Under the pieces are notes generated by a model. The model had not been told where the DNA came from. It saw nothing but the letters and a program-made list of their open reading frames with translations, and made no database searches. A DNA stretch of 64,000 nucleotides, from the NCBI GenBank assembly GCA_041550515.1, contig JBFEOQ010000003.1, forward strand, positions 2,537 to 66,536, read 5' to 3'. Shown one piece after another: positions 25,457-35,736 of the stretch. Every line of letters begins with the position of its first letter. The first letter of the stretch is position 1. This DNA is from Thermoplasmatota archaeon. Lineage in GTDB: Archaea; Thermoplasmatota; E2; DHVEG-1. Both the position numbers and the translations under genes were made by a program.

Positions 25457-27595
25457 TTATAATATTTTTGCCCCTTTTTTGATAGGTTTGTCTGATATGA
25501 CATCAGATTTTTCAGAATGTAATATATTTTTATTATAAGTAGCTTTTCCAGACTCATCTACTATAAGTTTGATTTTCTTAAAATCTTCAAATTCTAAAAT
25601 ATTTGCAGGTTTTCTAACTACACCATCAACATATATTTCAGATCCCGGGGTAGACTCTCCTGGGTAAAGTAGAGATACAACACCTTCACCATCTTCTGCA
25701 GCGAGCAGCATACCATTTGATGTAACACCACGAATATTTGCTGATTTAAGATTTACTACAACAACAATATTTTTACCATTAATTTCACTTTTAGAATAAT
25801 GTGGTTTCATACCTGCGACAATTATTCTTTTTCCAAGTTCACCTAGATCAATATGTAGAATGAAAAGTTTATCTGCTTTAGGGTGATCTTTTACTCCGAT
25901 TACTTTTGCAACACGAAGATCAACTTTTGAAAAAGGATCATCCTTGGTCATTATGATATCTTTTATATCAAGTTTTTTAAACAAGGGTTGAGGTCTTTGT
26001 AACTCAAAATCAATCTGTAAATCATCAAATGCACTATCCCAGTTTTTATTATGAATAGATCCTTCCTCACCCAGTAAATGCCATATCTTATCAGATGAAA
26101 AAGGTAAATAAGGTGCCATAAAAATAGATAAGGCTTTAACAATTTTGAGACATATATATAGAGTATTACCACATACTTGTTTATCAGTTTTAACTAGTAA
26201 CCAGGGTTTCTTGTGATCAAAATAAAAATTACCAAATTGAGCAAGAGACATTGCAGCACGAAGTCCTTTTTTAAATTCAAAGTTATCGAGGGATGTAGAT
26301 ATTTCTTTTGATATTTGTTTTATTTTATCAAAAGCTTCTTTATCAAAATTATTAAGAGTACCAGGCTTAGGAATTTTACCAAAATTCTTTTCTGTAAAAG
26401 TTATCACTCTATGAACAAAATTACCATATGCTCCAACAAGTTCATCATTGATTTTTGCTACAAAATCATCCCAAAGCCAATCTGTATCTTTATTTTCAGG
26501 CATGTTTATAGAAAGATAATACCTAATTGCATCAACATCAAAATTATTTAAAATATCAGGAACCCATATAGCGATACCACGACTTTTAGAAAACTGCTCG
26601 CCTTTAAATCTTAAATATTCGTTTGCAGGTATATTATAAGCAAGATTCAGCTCATCATTATATCCCATTAGAATAGCTGGCCAAATAAGGGTGTGAAATG
26701 GAATATTATCTTTTGCTAGAAAATAATAATGTAAAACTTTTGGATCTTTCCACCATTTTTCCCAATAATCTGTTTTAAGTTGTTTTTCAGCCCATTCAAT
26801 ACTCGCAGAAAGATAACCAATTACAGCATCAAACCAAACATAAATACGTTTATCATCAAAACCTTCTATTGGAACTTTTATTCCCCACTCCATATCTCTA
26901 GTAATTGCTCTATCCTGTAGCCCGTTTTCAAGCCAATTCTTCGTGAATTTTAAAACACTTGATTTCCAGTGTTCTTTATCTTTCAACCAAATTAAAAGTC
27001 TATCTTCAAATTTAGAAAGAGCAAAAAACAAATGATCGGTATATTTAATCACAGGGATATTCCCACAAATTTTACAGTAAATATTTAATAAATCTTCTGG
27101 ATCTAGAAGTTTCCCACATTCATCGCATTGATCACCACGAGCATTTTTACTGCCACAGTTTGGGCATTTACCTACAATATATCGATCTGGTAAAAACTTA
27201 TTACAATGATTACAATAAAAAGCTTTAATTCTTTTTTTGTAGATGTATCCTTTCTTATATAATGTTAGAAAAATATCTTGAACTATTTTTTCATGATTTT
27301 TTGTAGTAGTTCTGGTAAAAAGATTAAATGAAATACCCATTTCTTTCATATTATTTGCATGCTCTGTATGATATCGATCAACTATATTCTGAGGTGATGT
27401 TTTTTCTTTATCTGCTGTGATAGTAATTGGAGTCCCATGTTCATCACTGCCCGATACCATTAAAACGTCTCTATCTTTCATCCGTGAATATCTTGCAAAG
27501 ATATCTGCTGGAAGATAACAACCTGCAATATGACCAAGATGTAGAGAACCATTCGAATAAGGCCATGCAACTCCTATATAGATTTTTTTCTTCAT
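25457..27595 (-). CDS. metG: Methionyl-tRNA synthetase with C-terminal tRNA-binding (Trbp111/EMAP-like) domain
   Basis: HLGH and KFSKSRG signatures, a zinc knuckle CNHC..CPNCG and a C-terminal OB-fold LRVAKV...HPKADKL. The start is taken at ATG 27595. Confidence 0.95.
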   Translation of the reverse strand: MKKKIYIGVAWPYSNGSLHLGHIAGCYLPADIFARYSRMKDRDVLMVSGSDEHGTPITITADKEKTSPQNIVDRYHTEHANNMKEMGISFNLFTRTTTKNHEKIVQDIFLTLYKKGYIYKKRIKAFYCNHCNKFLPDRYIVGKCPNCGSKNARGDQCDECGKLLDPEDLLNIYCKICGNIPVIKYTDHLFFALSKFEDRLLIWLKDKEHWKSSVLKFTKNWLENGLQDRAITRDMEWGIKVPIEGFDDKRIYVWFDAVIGYLSASIEWAEKQLKTDYWEKWWKDPKVLHYYFLAKDNIPFHTLIWPAILMGYNDELNLAYNIPANEYLRFKGEQFSKSRGIAIWVPDILNNFDVDAIRYYLSINMPENKDTDWLWDDFVAKINDELVGAYGNFVHRVITFTEKNFGKIPKPGTLNNFDKEAFDKIKQISKEISTSLDNFEFKKGLRAAMSLAQFGNFYFDHKKPWLLVKTDKQVCGNTLYICLKIVKALSIFMAPYLPFSSDKIWHLLGEEGSIHNKNWDSAFDDLQIDFELQRPQPLFKKLDIKDIIMTKDDPFSKVDLRVAKVIGVKDHPKADKLFILHIDLGELGKRIIVAGMKPHYSKSEINGKNIVVVVNLKSANIRGVTSNGMLLAAEDGEGVVSLLYPGESTPGSEIYVDGVVRKPANILEFEDFKKIKLIVDESGKATYNKNILHSEKSDVISDKPIKKGAKIL

Positions 27596-27871
27596 GCGAT
27601 TTCTCAATGCCATATATAAGCACAACATTTAAATATGGTGCATGACTAATAAATAAATGTCAAATAAATATAATTGAAAAATAACACCTTAAAAGGTGCA
27701 TTAATCAATTGAGATTAATTTGTATTTAACCGCTTAACTAATATTTCATAATAAAAATAATGCATAACAAACTAGGAATGGTAAAAAAAATCCACCTATT
27801 ATTTGCTAAAGAGCGTATAAAGGTGCTATTTTTCAGAAAAAATTAAAAAATAAATTAAAAGGTGATAATTA

Positions 27872-29194
27872 ATGGTTATTGATCCAGCAACAACAAAATA
27901 TTTAATTAAAGCTCATATAAAAGCTGATGGAATAATTGAAAAATCCGATGTAGTAGGAGCAATATTTGGTCAAACTGAAGGTCTTTTAGGTGATGAATTA
28001 GATCTTCGTGAACTTCAACGTTCAGCTCGTGTGGGAAGAATAGAAGTTGAACTAGAATCAAAAAATGGTAAAAGCGAAGGGGAGATTACTCTACCAACAT
28101 CTCTTGATAAAGTAGAAACAGTAATTCTTGCTGCAGCCTTTGAGAGCATTGACAGAGTTGGTCCCTGTAAAGCAACTATTAAAACAGAGCATGTTGAAGA
28201 TGTGAGAGTGGTAAGAAGAAAACAAGTAGTAGAACGGGCAAAAGAACTATTAAACAAAGTAATTGAGGAAGGAAAAACTGAAGGAGAAAGTATCGCAGAT
28301 AATGTCCGACAATCAGTTCAAATTGAAGAAATAACACACTTTGGTTCTGATCATTGTCCAGCAGGACCAAACATTGATAAAAGTGATGCAATAATAATTG
28401 TTGAAGGAAGAAGAGATGTATTAAATCTTTTAAAATATGGTATTAAAAATGTAATCGCAGTGGGTGGAACAAACATACCAAAAACAGTGATAGAACTTAC
28501 CAAAGAACGAATTACTACAGCTTTTGTAGATGGAGATCGTGGAGGAGAACTGATTCTAAAAGAACTATTGCAAACATCCGATGTTGATTTTGTATCTCGT
28601 GCACCACAAACTCGTGAAGTTGAGGAAATACCTCAAAAACTAATAATGAAAGCTTTGAAAAACAAAATTCCTGCTGAACAATATGCAGAAATGTATGATA
28701 TTAAAATCGAGAAAAAAGAAAAAGTTAGCCTTCCTATCAAAACCCAACCTGTTTCTCCTAAAAAAGAAAAAAAGGAAGAAAGACCGCTTAAAGCTATATC
28801 AAAAGGTGAAGAAAAAAGAAAAGAACAAGATGAAGAAATAAAAAAAGTAACATCTGAAAAAGAGGCTGAAGTAGATAAAAAAGAATTAGAGAGAATAGTA
28901 ACAGAAAAACAACGTAATTATGGTAGAATTCTTGATGATATCTCAGGTAGTCTTAAAGCTGTTTTATTTGATACCAATAATAAAGAAATTAAAAAAATAC
29001 CTGTGCGGGAACTTACTGACTCTCTTAAAAAAAGTAATAATATTTCAACCGTTGTTTTTGATGGTATTATAACTCAGAGACTTTTAGATATTGCCAATAG
29101 TAAAAATGTAAAAGAAATAATAGGTATTAAACTTGGTAATGTTATTAAAATTCCAAATTCGGTAAAGGTATTAACAAAAAAAGATTTAAATTAA
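27872..29194 (+). CDS. dnaG: Archaeal DnaG-type primase / exosome-associated Toprim protein
   Basis: The N-terminus KYLIKAHIKADG..E..DVVGAIFGQTEGLLG..LDLRELQ is diagnostic for archaeal DnaG. Toprim motifs IIVEGRRD and DGDRGG. Contains a K/E-rich low-complexity insert. Confidence 0.9.
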   Translation: MVIDPATTKYLIKAHIKADGIIEKSDVVGAIFGQTEGLLGDELDLRELQRSARVGRIEVELESKNGKSEGEITLPTSLDKVETVILAAAFESIDRVGPCKATIKTEHVEDVRVVRRKQVVERAKELLNKVIEEGKTEGESIADNVRQSVQIEEITHFGSDHCPAGPNIDKSDAIIIVEGRRDVLNLLKYGIKNVIAVGGTNIPKTVIELTKERITTAFVDGDRGGELILKELLQTSDVDFVSRAPQTREVEEIPQKLIMKALKNKIPAEQYAEMYDIKIEKKEKVSLPIKTQPVSPKKEKKEERPLKAISKGEEKRKEQDEEIKKVTSEKEAEVDKKELERIVTEKQRNYGRILDDISGSLKAVLFDTNNKEIKKIPVRELTDSLKKSNNISTVVFDGIITQRLLDIANSKNVKEIIGIKLGNVIKIPNSVKVLTKKDLN

Positions 29195-29334
29195 TTTTTT
29201 TTATTTTTTTTATTTCATAAAATTTTTTATAAACCCGTATCAATTTTTAATATATAAATTTTTGACAAAAAAACATAAAAAGGCTTTTGAGTATGTGGTT
29301 ATAAAATTGTTTTGAAAATTGAGGGAAGAATATT

Positions 29335-29658
29335 ATGCAAAAAGATGAATTGATACAACTTCATACTTTTTTATTACAATTAAAAACTCATTTAGAGGAT
29401 ATAGTTAAAAACAATGGTGGTGTGGAATTTATATCTTATAAGAAACTTGATGTTACTCCTTTTCAGGTTTATAAGTCAAAACGTGAACATAAACTCGCAG
29501 TTTTTACATTAAGTCGTGGTATCGCGACTTTGATGTCTAATAATAATTGTCCAGGTCTTGAAAAAGTATCAAGCAGATTAGACCAAATGGCTGAACGTTT
29601 TATGACTGAGAAAGAAAAAGAACTCCTTCGTTCTAATACTATTGAGTTAAAAGCTTAA
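29335..29658 (+). CDS. Small conserved archaeal protein (possibly UPF0058-like)
   Basis: 107 aa. The MQKDELIQLHTFLLQLKTHLE N-terminus resembles small archaeal helical proteins I associate with UPF0058. GAGGG RBS. The family call is from memory only. Confidence 0.45.
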   Translation: MQKDELIQLHTFLLQLKTHLEDIVKNNGGVEFISYKKLDVTPFQVYKSKREHKLAVFTLSRGIATLMSNNNCPGLEKVSSRLDQMAERFMTEKEKELLRSNTIELKA

Positions 29659-30084
29659 TTGCATTGTATACGCATCTTTATTATCCTGATAAAATTCTTT
29701 TCTTTTTAGCATTATTTTAAAACCATGTTTTTCATAAAATTTTATTGCTTTATAATTATCGGCTCTTACTTCTAATTCAATTTTATTTATTTTTTCTTTT
29801 TTTGTTCTTTTTATAAATTCATTTAGTAATTTGGTCCCAATTTTTTGTTTTTGATGTCTTGGTAAAACTGATATCATTAATATTTTTGTTTTTTGATCGT
29901 TTATTTTCACTCCTATTAAAAACCCTATTATTTTGTTATAAAAGCTAGCAACAATGAAACCATCTGGATTTGTTTCATAAAAATATGCAAATAAGCTTGG
30001 ACTGTATTTTTCAGTTAGAGTTTGGCTTGATAGTTTAATTACACCGAATGTATCGTTAGGTTCAAAGTTTCTTATTTCTATCAC
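29647..30084 (-). CDS. GNAT N-acetyltransferase (RimI/Ard1-like)
   Basis: 145 aa. The acetyl-CoA binding motif RHQKQKIGTKLL and ..AIKFYEKHGF. Confidence 0.8.
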   Translation of the reverse strand: MIEIRNFEPNDTFGVIKLSSQTLTEKYSPSLFAYFYETNPDGFIVASFYNKIIGFLIGVKINDQKTKILMISVLPRHQKQKIGTKLLNEFIKRTKKEKINKIELEVRADNYKAIKFYEKHGFKIMLKRKEFYQDNKDAYTMQLSF

Positions 30085-30178
30085 TTTTTTTTGTTATAAT
30101 TATTTATTTTTTATTTGTATTGCTTATTTTAAAACGATAATTATATAAGCAGTTAATAAATTTCTATTAATAATTAAT

Positions 30179-30979
30179 ATGGCTATTGAAGTATTTCTTA
30201 TTGGGGGAGAAAAGACAATAAATCTAAAAAAGGCGATAGCAAGAATACTTTATAGTAAAAAAATGGATCAAATAAAGATATCAACAATTCTTAAATTATC
30301 TCAACCAATGGTTAGTCACTACTGTAGCTCAACAGAAAAAATATCAGAAAATATTTCAAAGATTGCTCAGGAAATTGCAGAAAAAATTATTAATAATCAA
30401 TCTATTAATTTTCAAACATGTATAACCTTTTTAAATAAAAATTTTGAAGGCAATTATTTAATTGCAGATAAAAATGAAATAATCACTGATGAAAATAACA
30501 AAATTATTGACAACTTAAGACAAGCATTTTATAAATTAAAAGATGAAAATATTGAGGATTTTATCCCTGAGGTAAAGGTAAATATAGCAATGAGTAAGAA
30601 GAATGCTAAAAAACCTGATGATGTAGCAAGTTTTCTAAATGGTTTAATAATCTTTGAAGACAAGATCAAAGATTATAACACTATAAGCTTTGGTAAAAGC
30701 AGACATTTATCAGCACTACTTATTAAACTTAGAAAAAAACTGAATATAAATGCAATTATGAATATTGCATATTTAAAAGAATTTGAAAAAACAAAATTTA
30801 ATATAGGTTTTTTAACAAAAGATTTCAAATTAAAATATACAGATAAAAATTTTGATATATTAATCCACAAAGGAGACTTTGGAATTGAACCCTGTGCATA
30901 CATACTTGGTAATGATGCTATTGAAGTTTCAAAGAAACTTTTAAAATTATCAGATGAGGTTAAAACTTGGAAAAAATAG
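30179..30979 (+). CDS. HTH + ThiN-domain protein (ThiR-like thiamine regulator candidate)
   Basis: An N-terminal HTH-like region (ISTILKLSQPMVSHY) is joined to a C-terminal region with ThiN-like blocks (PEVKVNIA, FGKSRHLSALL, AIMNIAY, GDFGIEPCAYILGNDAIEV). It overlaps the downstream TPK gene by 13 nt. Confidence 0.5.
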   Translation: MAIEVFLIGGEKTINLKKAIARILYSKKMDQIKISTILKLSQPMVSHYCSSTEKISENISKIAQEIAEKIINNQSINFQTCITFLNKNFEGNYLIADKNEIITDENNKIIDNLRQAFYKLKDENIEDFIPEVKVNIAMSKKNAKKPDDVASFLNGLIIFEDKIKDYNTISFGKSRHLSALLIKLRKKLNINAIMNIAYLKEFEKTKFNIGFLTKDFKLKYTDKNFDILIHKGDFGIEPCAYILGNDAIEVSKKLLKLSDEVKTWKK

Positions 30980-31596
30980 CAATTATTGCAAATGGGACAA
31001 TCAAAGATAACGATTTTCACAAAAAATCATTAAAAGATTTTGATATTGTTATTTGTGCAGACGGCGGGGCAAATGTCGCCAAAGAACTTCAGATAATACC
31101 TGATTATATTATTGGAGATTTAGATTCTATTAAATTTTCTGTTCTTAATTATTTTAAGGATTTGAATAAAACAGAGATTATCAAAGATGAAAATCAGGAT
31201 AAAACAGATCTTGAGCTTGCAATAGCTCTTGCAGAAACTCTGAATCCCTCTGAGATTACTATTTTTGGAGCAATAGGTGATCGTATTGATCACACTCTTG
31301 CAAACATTTTATGTCTATGTAAAATTAAACCGGAAATTAAGACACAAATCATTGATGAAAGAAATGTTATCGAACTTATAGAAAGCTCATTGGATCTAGA
31401 TGGAAATAGGGGCGATATAATTTCTGTTATTCCTATAACTGATATTTCAAACCTATGTTACAATGGTTTGAAATGGAATGTAAAAAATCAGAATACAAAT
31501 ATTGGTTGGTTTGGAATTTCTAACATTCTTGAAAATAATCAAGCTAATATTTCATTTTCAAAAGGTAAAATTTTGTTAATTAAAGTGATGGAGTAA
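30967..31596 (+). CDS. Thiamine pyrophosphokinase
   Basis: 209 aa. The TPK motifs ADGGAN, IIGDLDS, QDKTDLELA and GAIGDRIDHTLAN, plus a C-terminal thiamine-binding beta domain. TTG start. Confidence 0.8.
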   Translation: MEKIAIIANGTIKDNDFHKKSLKDFDIVICADGGANVAKELQIIPDYIIGDLDSIKFSVLNYFKDLNKTEIIKDENQDKTDLELAIALAETLNPSEITIFGAIGDRIDHTLANILCLCKIKPEIKTQIIDERNVIELIESSLDLDGNRGDIISVIPITDISNLCYNGLKWNVKNQNTNIGWFGISNILENNQANISFSKGKILLIKVME

Positions 31597-31601
31597 ATAA
31601 T

Positions 31602-33050
31602 ATGGAGATTTCAACAATTGATTATGGAATACTTCTAGGGTATTTTGTGATACTTTTTATAATAGGATATTTTGTTAAAAGAAGAATTCATAGTTTAAAT
31701 GATTATTTTCTAGCAGGACGAAGATTAACATTACCGATTTTTGTTGCAACACTAGTAAGTACTTGGTATGGTGGTTTACTAGGTGTTGGTGAGATGTCAT
31801 TTTCTTTTGGTTTTGTTAATTGGATAGTTAATGGTTTCTTTTGGTATCTAGTGTATTTGTTTTTCGCATTCTTTTTAGCAAATAGAATTAGAAAAACTAA
31901 ATTGTATACAATTCCTGATCAACTAGAACGATTTTACGATAAAAAATCAAGATTTTTAGGAGCAATTTTTAATTTTATTATGGTTTCACCTGCTCCCTAT
32001 ATACTCTCCCTTGGAATTATTTTTAATTTCTTATTTGGCTTAGAACTTTGGATAACAATTCTTTTTGTAGCGCTTGTGATGATATTTTATACAATAAGAG
32101 GCGGATTTGTTGGTGTAATTTACACTGATATCATTCAGTTTATACTTATGATGATTGGTGTTGCTATGATAATCCCAATCGCTGTTCAAACATACGGAGG
32201 TTTTGATTTTTTAACATCCGCTTTAAGCAATCCTGATTTAGCTTTAGGTTATATCAATACAACTCGACACTTAACGCTCACAGGTACACAAACTACTCAA
32301 TGGATTATAATATGGGGTTTTATTGCTTTTTGGACTCTTGCCGATCCAGGTTTTTATCAAAGATGTTATGCTGCAAAGGATGATAAGTTACCAAAGAAAG
32401 GAATTCTAGTTTCAATTGGTTTCTGGTTATTGTTTGATATTTGTACAACATTTACAGGAATTTATGCAGTTGCTGCATCACAAGCAGGTCTTTTAGAAGT
32501 AGAATCTGCATTGACATCTTATCTATCAATAGCTGGTGCGTTGTTACCTGTGGGTCTTTTAGGATTGTTCTTAACAGGTCTAATTGCGACAGTTATGAGC
32601 ACTGCTGATTCTTTTACATTTCTGGGAGCTATGAACATTTCTCATGATCTTTATAAAAACATTTTCAAAAAAGATGCAACAGAAAAACAGGTAATTCGGG
32701 CAACAAAAATTGGAATAGTAATAACAGTTGGTTTTGCAATAGTTCTGTCATTATATTTTGATTCTATTGTAGATATGTGGTATTATATTGGAACGATTGG
32801 AATATCTGCAATGATTGTACCTATCCTTGTTGGATTTTTCTATAAAGAAAAAAAGTCTCCTTTAGCTGCATTTCTTTCAATGATTGCGGGATCTGGCACA
32901 TCGCTTATATGGGTAATACATGGTTATTTAAATGCTTTTGATGGATGGCCTGTGTATCTGGGAGGAGTTGAACCATTATATCCTGGTCTTTTAGCATCTC
33001 TACTTATCTATGCAATTGTAAATGTTATTCATGTGAGGAGGATGGACTAA
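31602..33050 (+). CDS. Sodium:solute symporter family (SSF) transporter
   Basis: 482 aa, about 13 TM helices, SSF-like N-terminal LAGRRL..P..ATLVSTWYGG. Confidence 0.85.
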   Translation: MEISTIDYGILLGYFVILFIIGYFVKRRIHSLNDYFLAGRRLTLPIFVATLVSTWYGGLLGVGEMSFSFGFVNWIVNGFFWYLVYLFFAFFLANRIRKTKLYTIPDQLERFYDKKSRFLGAIFNFIMVSPAPYILSLGIIFNFLFGLELWITILFVALVMIFYTIRGGFVGVIYTDIIQFILMMIGVAMIIPIAVQTYGGFDFLTSALSNPDLALGYINTTRHLTLTGTQTTQWIIIWGFIAFWTLADPGFYQRCYAAKDDKLPKKGILVSIGFWLLFDICTTFTGIYAVAASQAGLLEVESALTSYLSIAGALLPVGLLGLFLTGLIATVMSTADSFTFLGAMNISHDLYKNIFKKDATEKQVIRATKIGIVITVGFAIVLSLYFDSIVDMWYYIGTIGISAMIVPILVGFFYKEKKSPLAAFLSMIAGSGTSLIWVIHGYLNAFDGWPVYLGGVEPLYPGLLASLLIYAIVNVIHVRRMD

Positions 33051-33051
33051 A

Positions 33052-33165
33052 ATGGATCTGGCATACCTTTTAGTTTTAAATGCAGTAGCTCTTATCATTG
33101 CAACAGTTGCTCTAACATATTTTTTCCTCAGAGATCTGTTAAAAGAAAAGAAGAAGAAAAATTAA
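33052..33165 (+). CDS. Unannotated 37-aa single-TM peptide (candidate symporter accessory subunit)
   Basis: The ATG lies 1 nt after the symporter stop. The translation is MDLAYLLVLNAVALIIATVALTYFFLRDLLKEKKKKN: one hydrophobic helix plus a basic tail. It is below the ORF-track length cutoff. Confidence 0.45.
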   Translation: MDLAYLLVLNAVALIIATVALTYFFLRDLLKEKKKKN

Positions 33166-33168
33166 GAT

Positions 33169-34374
33169 TTACTTGTAAGGCAGAAACTCTTTCCCTAATA
33201 ATTCTCTTGCAATAATTATTCTCATAATATTCATTGTACCTTCTGCACCAATAGAGTATGATCTAACACCACGTATAGCCATCTCAATTGGGTATTCTTT
33301 TGTGTAGCCTAATGCACCAAGCCAGTCAGCAACTTCATTCATTACACTAAAGGCATAAATTGGTGCTCTAAGTTTTGATATAGCTGCAGCAATTGCAACA
33401 TCATTATGGGTTGCTTTATTTTCCATATACATCTTATCCATTGTCCATGCAGCTCGATATGTTTGTAGTTTTACAGCATCAATATTACAATGATGCTCAG
33501 CGAGTGGAAACTGTATTCCTTCAAAGCGTCCTAGAGGTCGTCCAAATGCTTTTCGTGTTTTGATATGTTCAACACCTAGTTCTAAGGCAGCTTCAGATGC
33601 TCCCACACATGTTGCACCAATAAGGACACGTGCAGCTGAAAAACCTTCCATAGCATAATAAAAACCTCTATTGAACTCACCAATTAGATGATCTTCAGGT
33701 AACTCAACATTATTCATAGTAAAACCCCCTGTTGAGATGCCCATACGTCCCATATCCTCAAACAACGTAGTTTCAATATTTTTATTATCTTTCAATGGCA
33801 GTGCATAAAAAGAAAATCCTTTATGACCTTTGGATGGATCAGTTCGAGCAAGTGTAAGATGAATTCCACCCCATTTACTTGCTTCGGTTATACCGCTAAT
33901 AAATATCTTCTCACCATTTAGTACCCATTTTTTACCTTTTTTCTCTGCTTTAGTTTTTGCAGCACCAACAATATCTGAACCTCCCTCCGGTTCAGTTACT
34001 GCAATACCACAAAAAGCTTGACCGGAGGTAATTTTTGGTAAATACAACTTTTTTGCTTCTTCACTTCCATATCGACTAAAGATAAACCCCCAAGATGCTT
34101 CGACAAGATACATTACAGGTATTGCTAGACTTATATCTGCTCGTCCGAGTTCTTCAGCTGCAATTGCAGCCATTGTCCAATCTACTCCAGCACCACCATA
34201 TTCTTGAGATGCAGTAGGCGCAAGAAGTCCAAGCTGAGCCATTCCTTTGATTATTTCTTCTGGAATTTTTTTGTTAGTATCAATTTCTCTAACTCTTGGT
34301 TTTATTTTTTTCTGAGCAAAATCTCTAACTGTTTTTTTCCATATCTCTTGTTCATCTGTCCAACTAAAATCCAT
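33169..34374 (-). CDS. Acyl-CoA dehydrogenase (short-chain/glutaryl-CoA-dehydrogenase-like)
   Basis: 401 aa. ACAD N, M and C domains, with the catalytic-Glu region IGAEGTMNIMRIIIAREL. Confidence 0.9.
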   Translation of the reverse strand: MDFSWTDEQEIWKKTVRDFAQKKIKPRVREIDTNKKIPEEIIKGMAQLGLLAPTASQEYGGAGVDWTMAAIAAEELGRADISLAIPVMYLVEASWGFIFSRYGSEEAKKLYLPKITSGQAFCGIAVTEPEGGSDIVGAAKTKAEKKGKKWVLNGEKIFISGITEASKWGGIHLTLARTDPSKGHKGFSFYALPLKDNKNIETTLFEDMGRMGISTGGFTMNNVELPEDHLIGEFNRGFYYAMEGFSAARVLIGATCVGASEAALELGVEHIKTRKAFGRPLGRFEGIQFPLAEHHCNIDAVKLQTYRAAWTMDKMYMENKATHNDVAIAAAISKLRAPIYAFSVMNEVADWLGALGYTKEYPIEMAIRGVRSYSIGAEGTMNIMRIIIARELLGKEFLPYK

Positions 34375-34502
34375 CTATTATACCTCCTCCAAATATCCTA
34401 AATTAGGGATTTATGTATATTAGATTTCTTTTAATAATTTTGTAATTTATTAAGGAGATAGAAATTTATATAGTAAATATAATACAAGGATGGGGAGTTT
34501 AA

Positions 34503-35708
34503 ATGGCATTTAATAATACATATATACCTTACGGTGGTTATTGGAGTACACCGTTCTGTAGTTGGCAGGGTAGTTTTCAAAATCTCCATGCTATTAAATT
34601 TGCTGCTGAAACTGGAAAAAGATTTTTTGATGAACATAAAATTTCACCTAAAGATTTTGATGAAATTGTACTTGGTATAACAATTCCCCAGCTTTCAGCT
34701 TTTTATGGAACACCCTGGCTTGCAGGTATGATTGGGGCAGATAATGTAACAGGTCCAATGATTGGTCAGGCATGTGCTACTGGTGCAAAGTGTATTGAAT
34801 TTGCTGCATTAAGTGTTGATGCAGGTGTTCATAAAAATGTTCTTGCAGTATACGCAGATAGGTGTTCTAATGGCCCCCATTTGGTTTATCCAAATCCTGA
34901 GAAACCTGGAGGAACTCAAGATAAAGAAAGTTGGGTTTGGGATAATTTTGGGTATGATCCTTATGCTAAAAATTCGATGATAGAAACAGCTGAAAATGTT
35001 GCAAAAGAAGCTGGAATTGCAAAAGATGAACAAGATAAAATCACAGCTTTACGCTATAAACAATATCAAGATGCAGTGAAAAATAACAAAGCATTTCAAA
35101 AGAAATTCATGATTTTTCCAATTGAAGTTTTGAATCAATCCGGTCGAAAAGTAATTGCTACTGTGAATGGAGATGAAGGTATTTATCCAACAACTTTAGA
35201 AGGACTGCAGAAACTTAAACCAGTATTACAAAATGGAACAGTTTCTTATGGTACTCAAACACATCCTGCAGATGGAAACTGCGGAATTATTATTACCAAT
35301 CATGAAAAAGCAAAGAAGTATACAAAAAACATCAATATAGAAATCCAGTTGGTATCCTATGGTGAAGCTAGAACTAAGAAAGGTTATATGGCAAAGGCAA
35401 TTGTTCCTGCTGCAAAAAATGCTCTAAAGTCAGCAGGAATATCAATGGATGATATTTGTGCAATTAAAACACATAATCCATTTGCTGTAAATGACATATT
35501 TTTCTGTAGAGAAATGGATATAAAATGGGAGGATATGAACAATTATGGATCTTCTTTAATTTATGGACATGCTCAAGGACCTACAGGTGCAAGATTAATA
35601 ATCGAACTTATTGAAGAACTAGTTTTAAAGGGTGGCGGATATGGCTTATTTGATGGATGTGCTGCGGGAGATACCGGTGCGGCAATTGTTTTAGATGTAA
35701 AAGTTTAA
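34503..35708 (+). CDS. Thiolase-family acyl-CoA acetyltransferase
   Basis: 401 aa. Thiolase fold with the nucleophile region GQACATG and a C-terminal GCAAGDTGAA. Confidence 0.85.
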   Translation: MAFNNTYIPYGGYWSTPFCSWQGSFQNLHAIKFAAETGKRFFDEHKISPKDFDEIVLGITIPQLSAFYGTPWLAGMIGADNVTGPMIGQACATGAKCIEFAALSVDAGVHKNVLAVYADRCSNGPHLVYPNPEKPGGTQDKESWVWDNFGYDPYAKNSMIETAENVAKEAGIAKDEQDKITALRYKQYQDAVKNNKAFQKKFMIFPIEVLNQSGRKVIATVNGDEGIYPTTLEGLQKLKPVLQNGTVSYGTQTHPADGNCGIIITNHEKAKKYTKNINIEIQLVSYGEARTKKGYMAKAIVPAAKNALKSAGISMDDICAIKTHNPFAVNDIFFCREMDIKWEDMNNYGSSLIYGHAQGPTGARLIIELIEELVLKGGGYGLFDGCAAGDTGAAIVLDVKV

Positions 35709-35736
35709 TAATTTTTTTATAAAAAGGTGAAAAATA

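Noticed and set aside
27685-27698. The CACCTT-AA-AAGGTG palindrome in the metG/dnaG divergent spacer, and the ACCAATA-4 nt-TATTGGT repeat at 9631-9648.
   Set aside because: These are short (6-7 bp arms) and occur once each. They are expected by chance in AT-rich DNA, and the AAGGTG copies also function as SD-like sequences.
28690-28915. The K/E-rich segment inside dnaG (KKEKKEERPLK...EEKRKEQDEEIKK), considered as an inserted element or intein.
   Set aside because: It has no intein splice motifs (no C/S/T...HN boundary blocks). It is in-frame low-complexity linker sequence between the Toprim core and the C-terminal domain.
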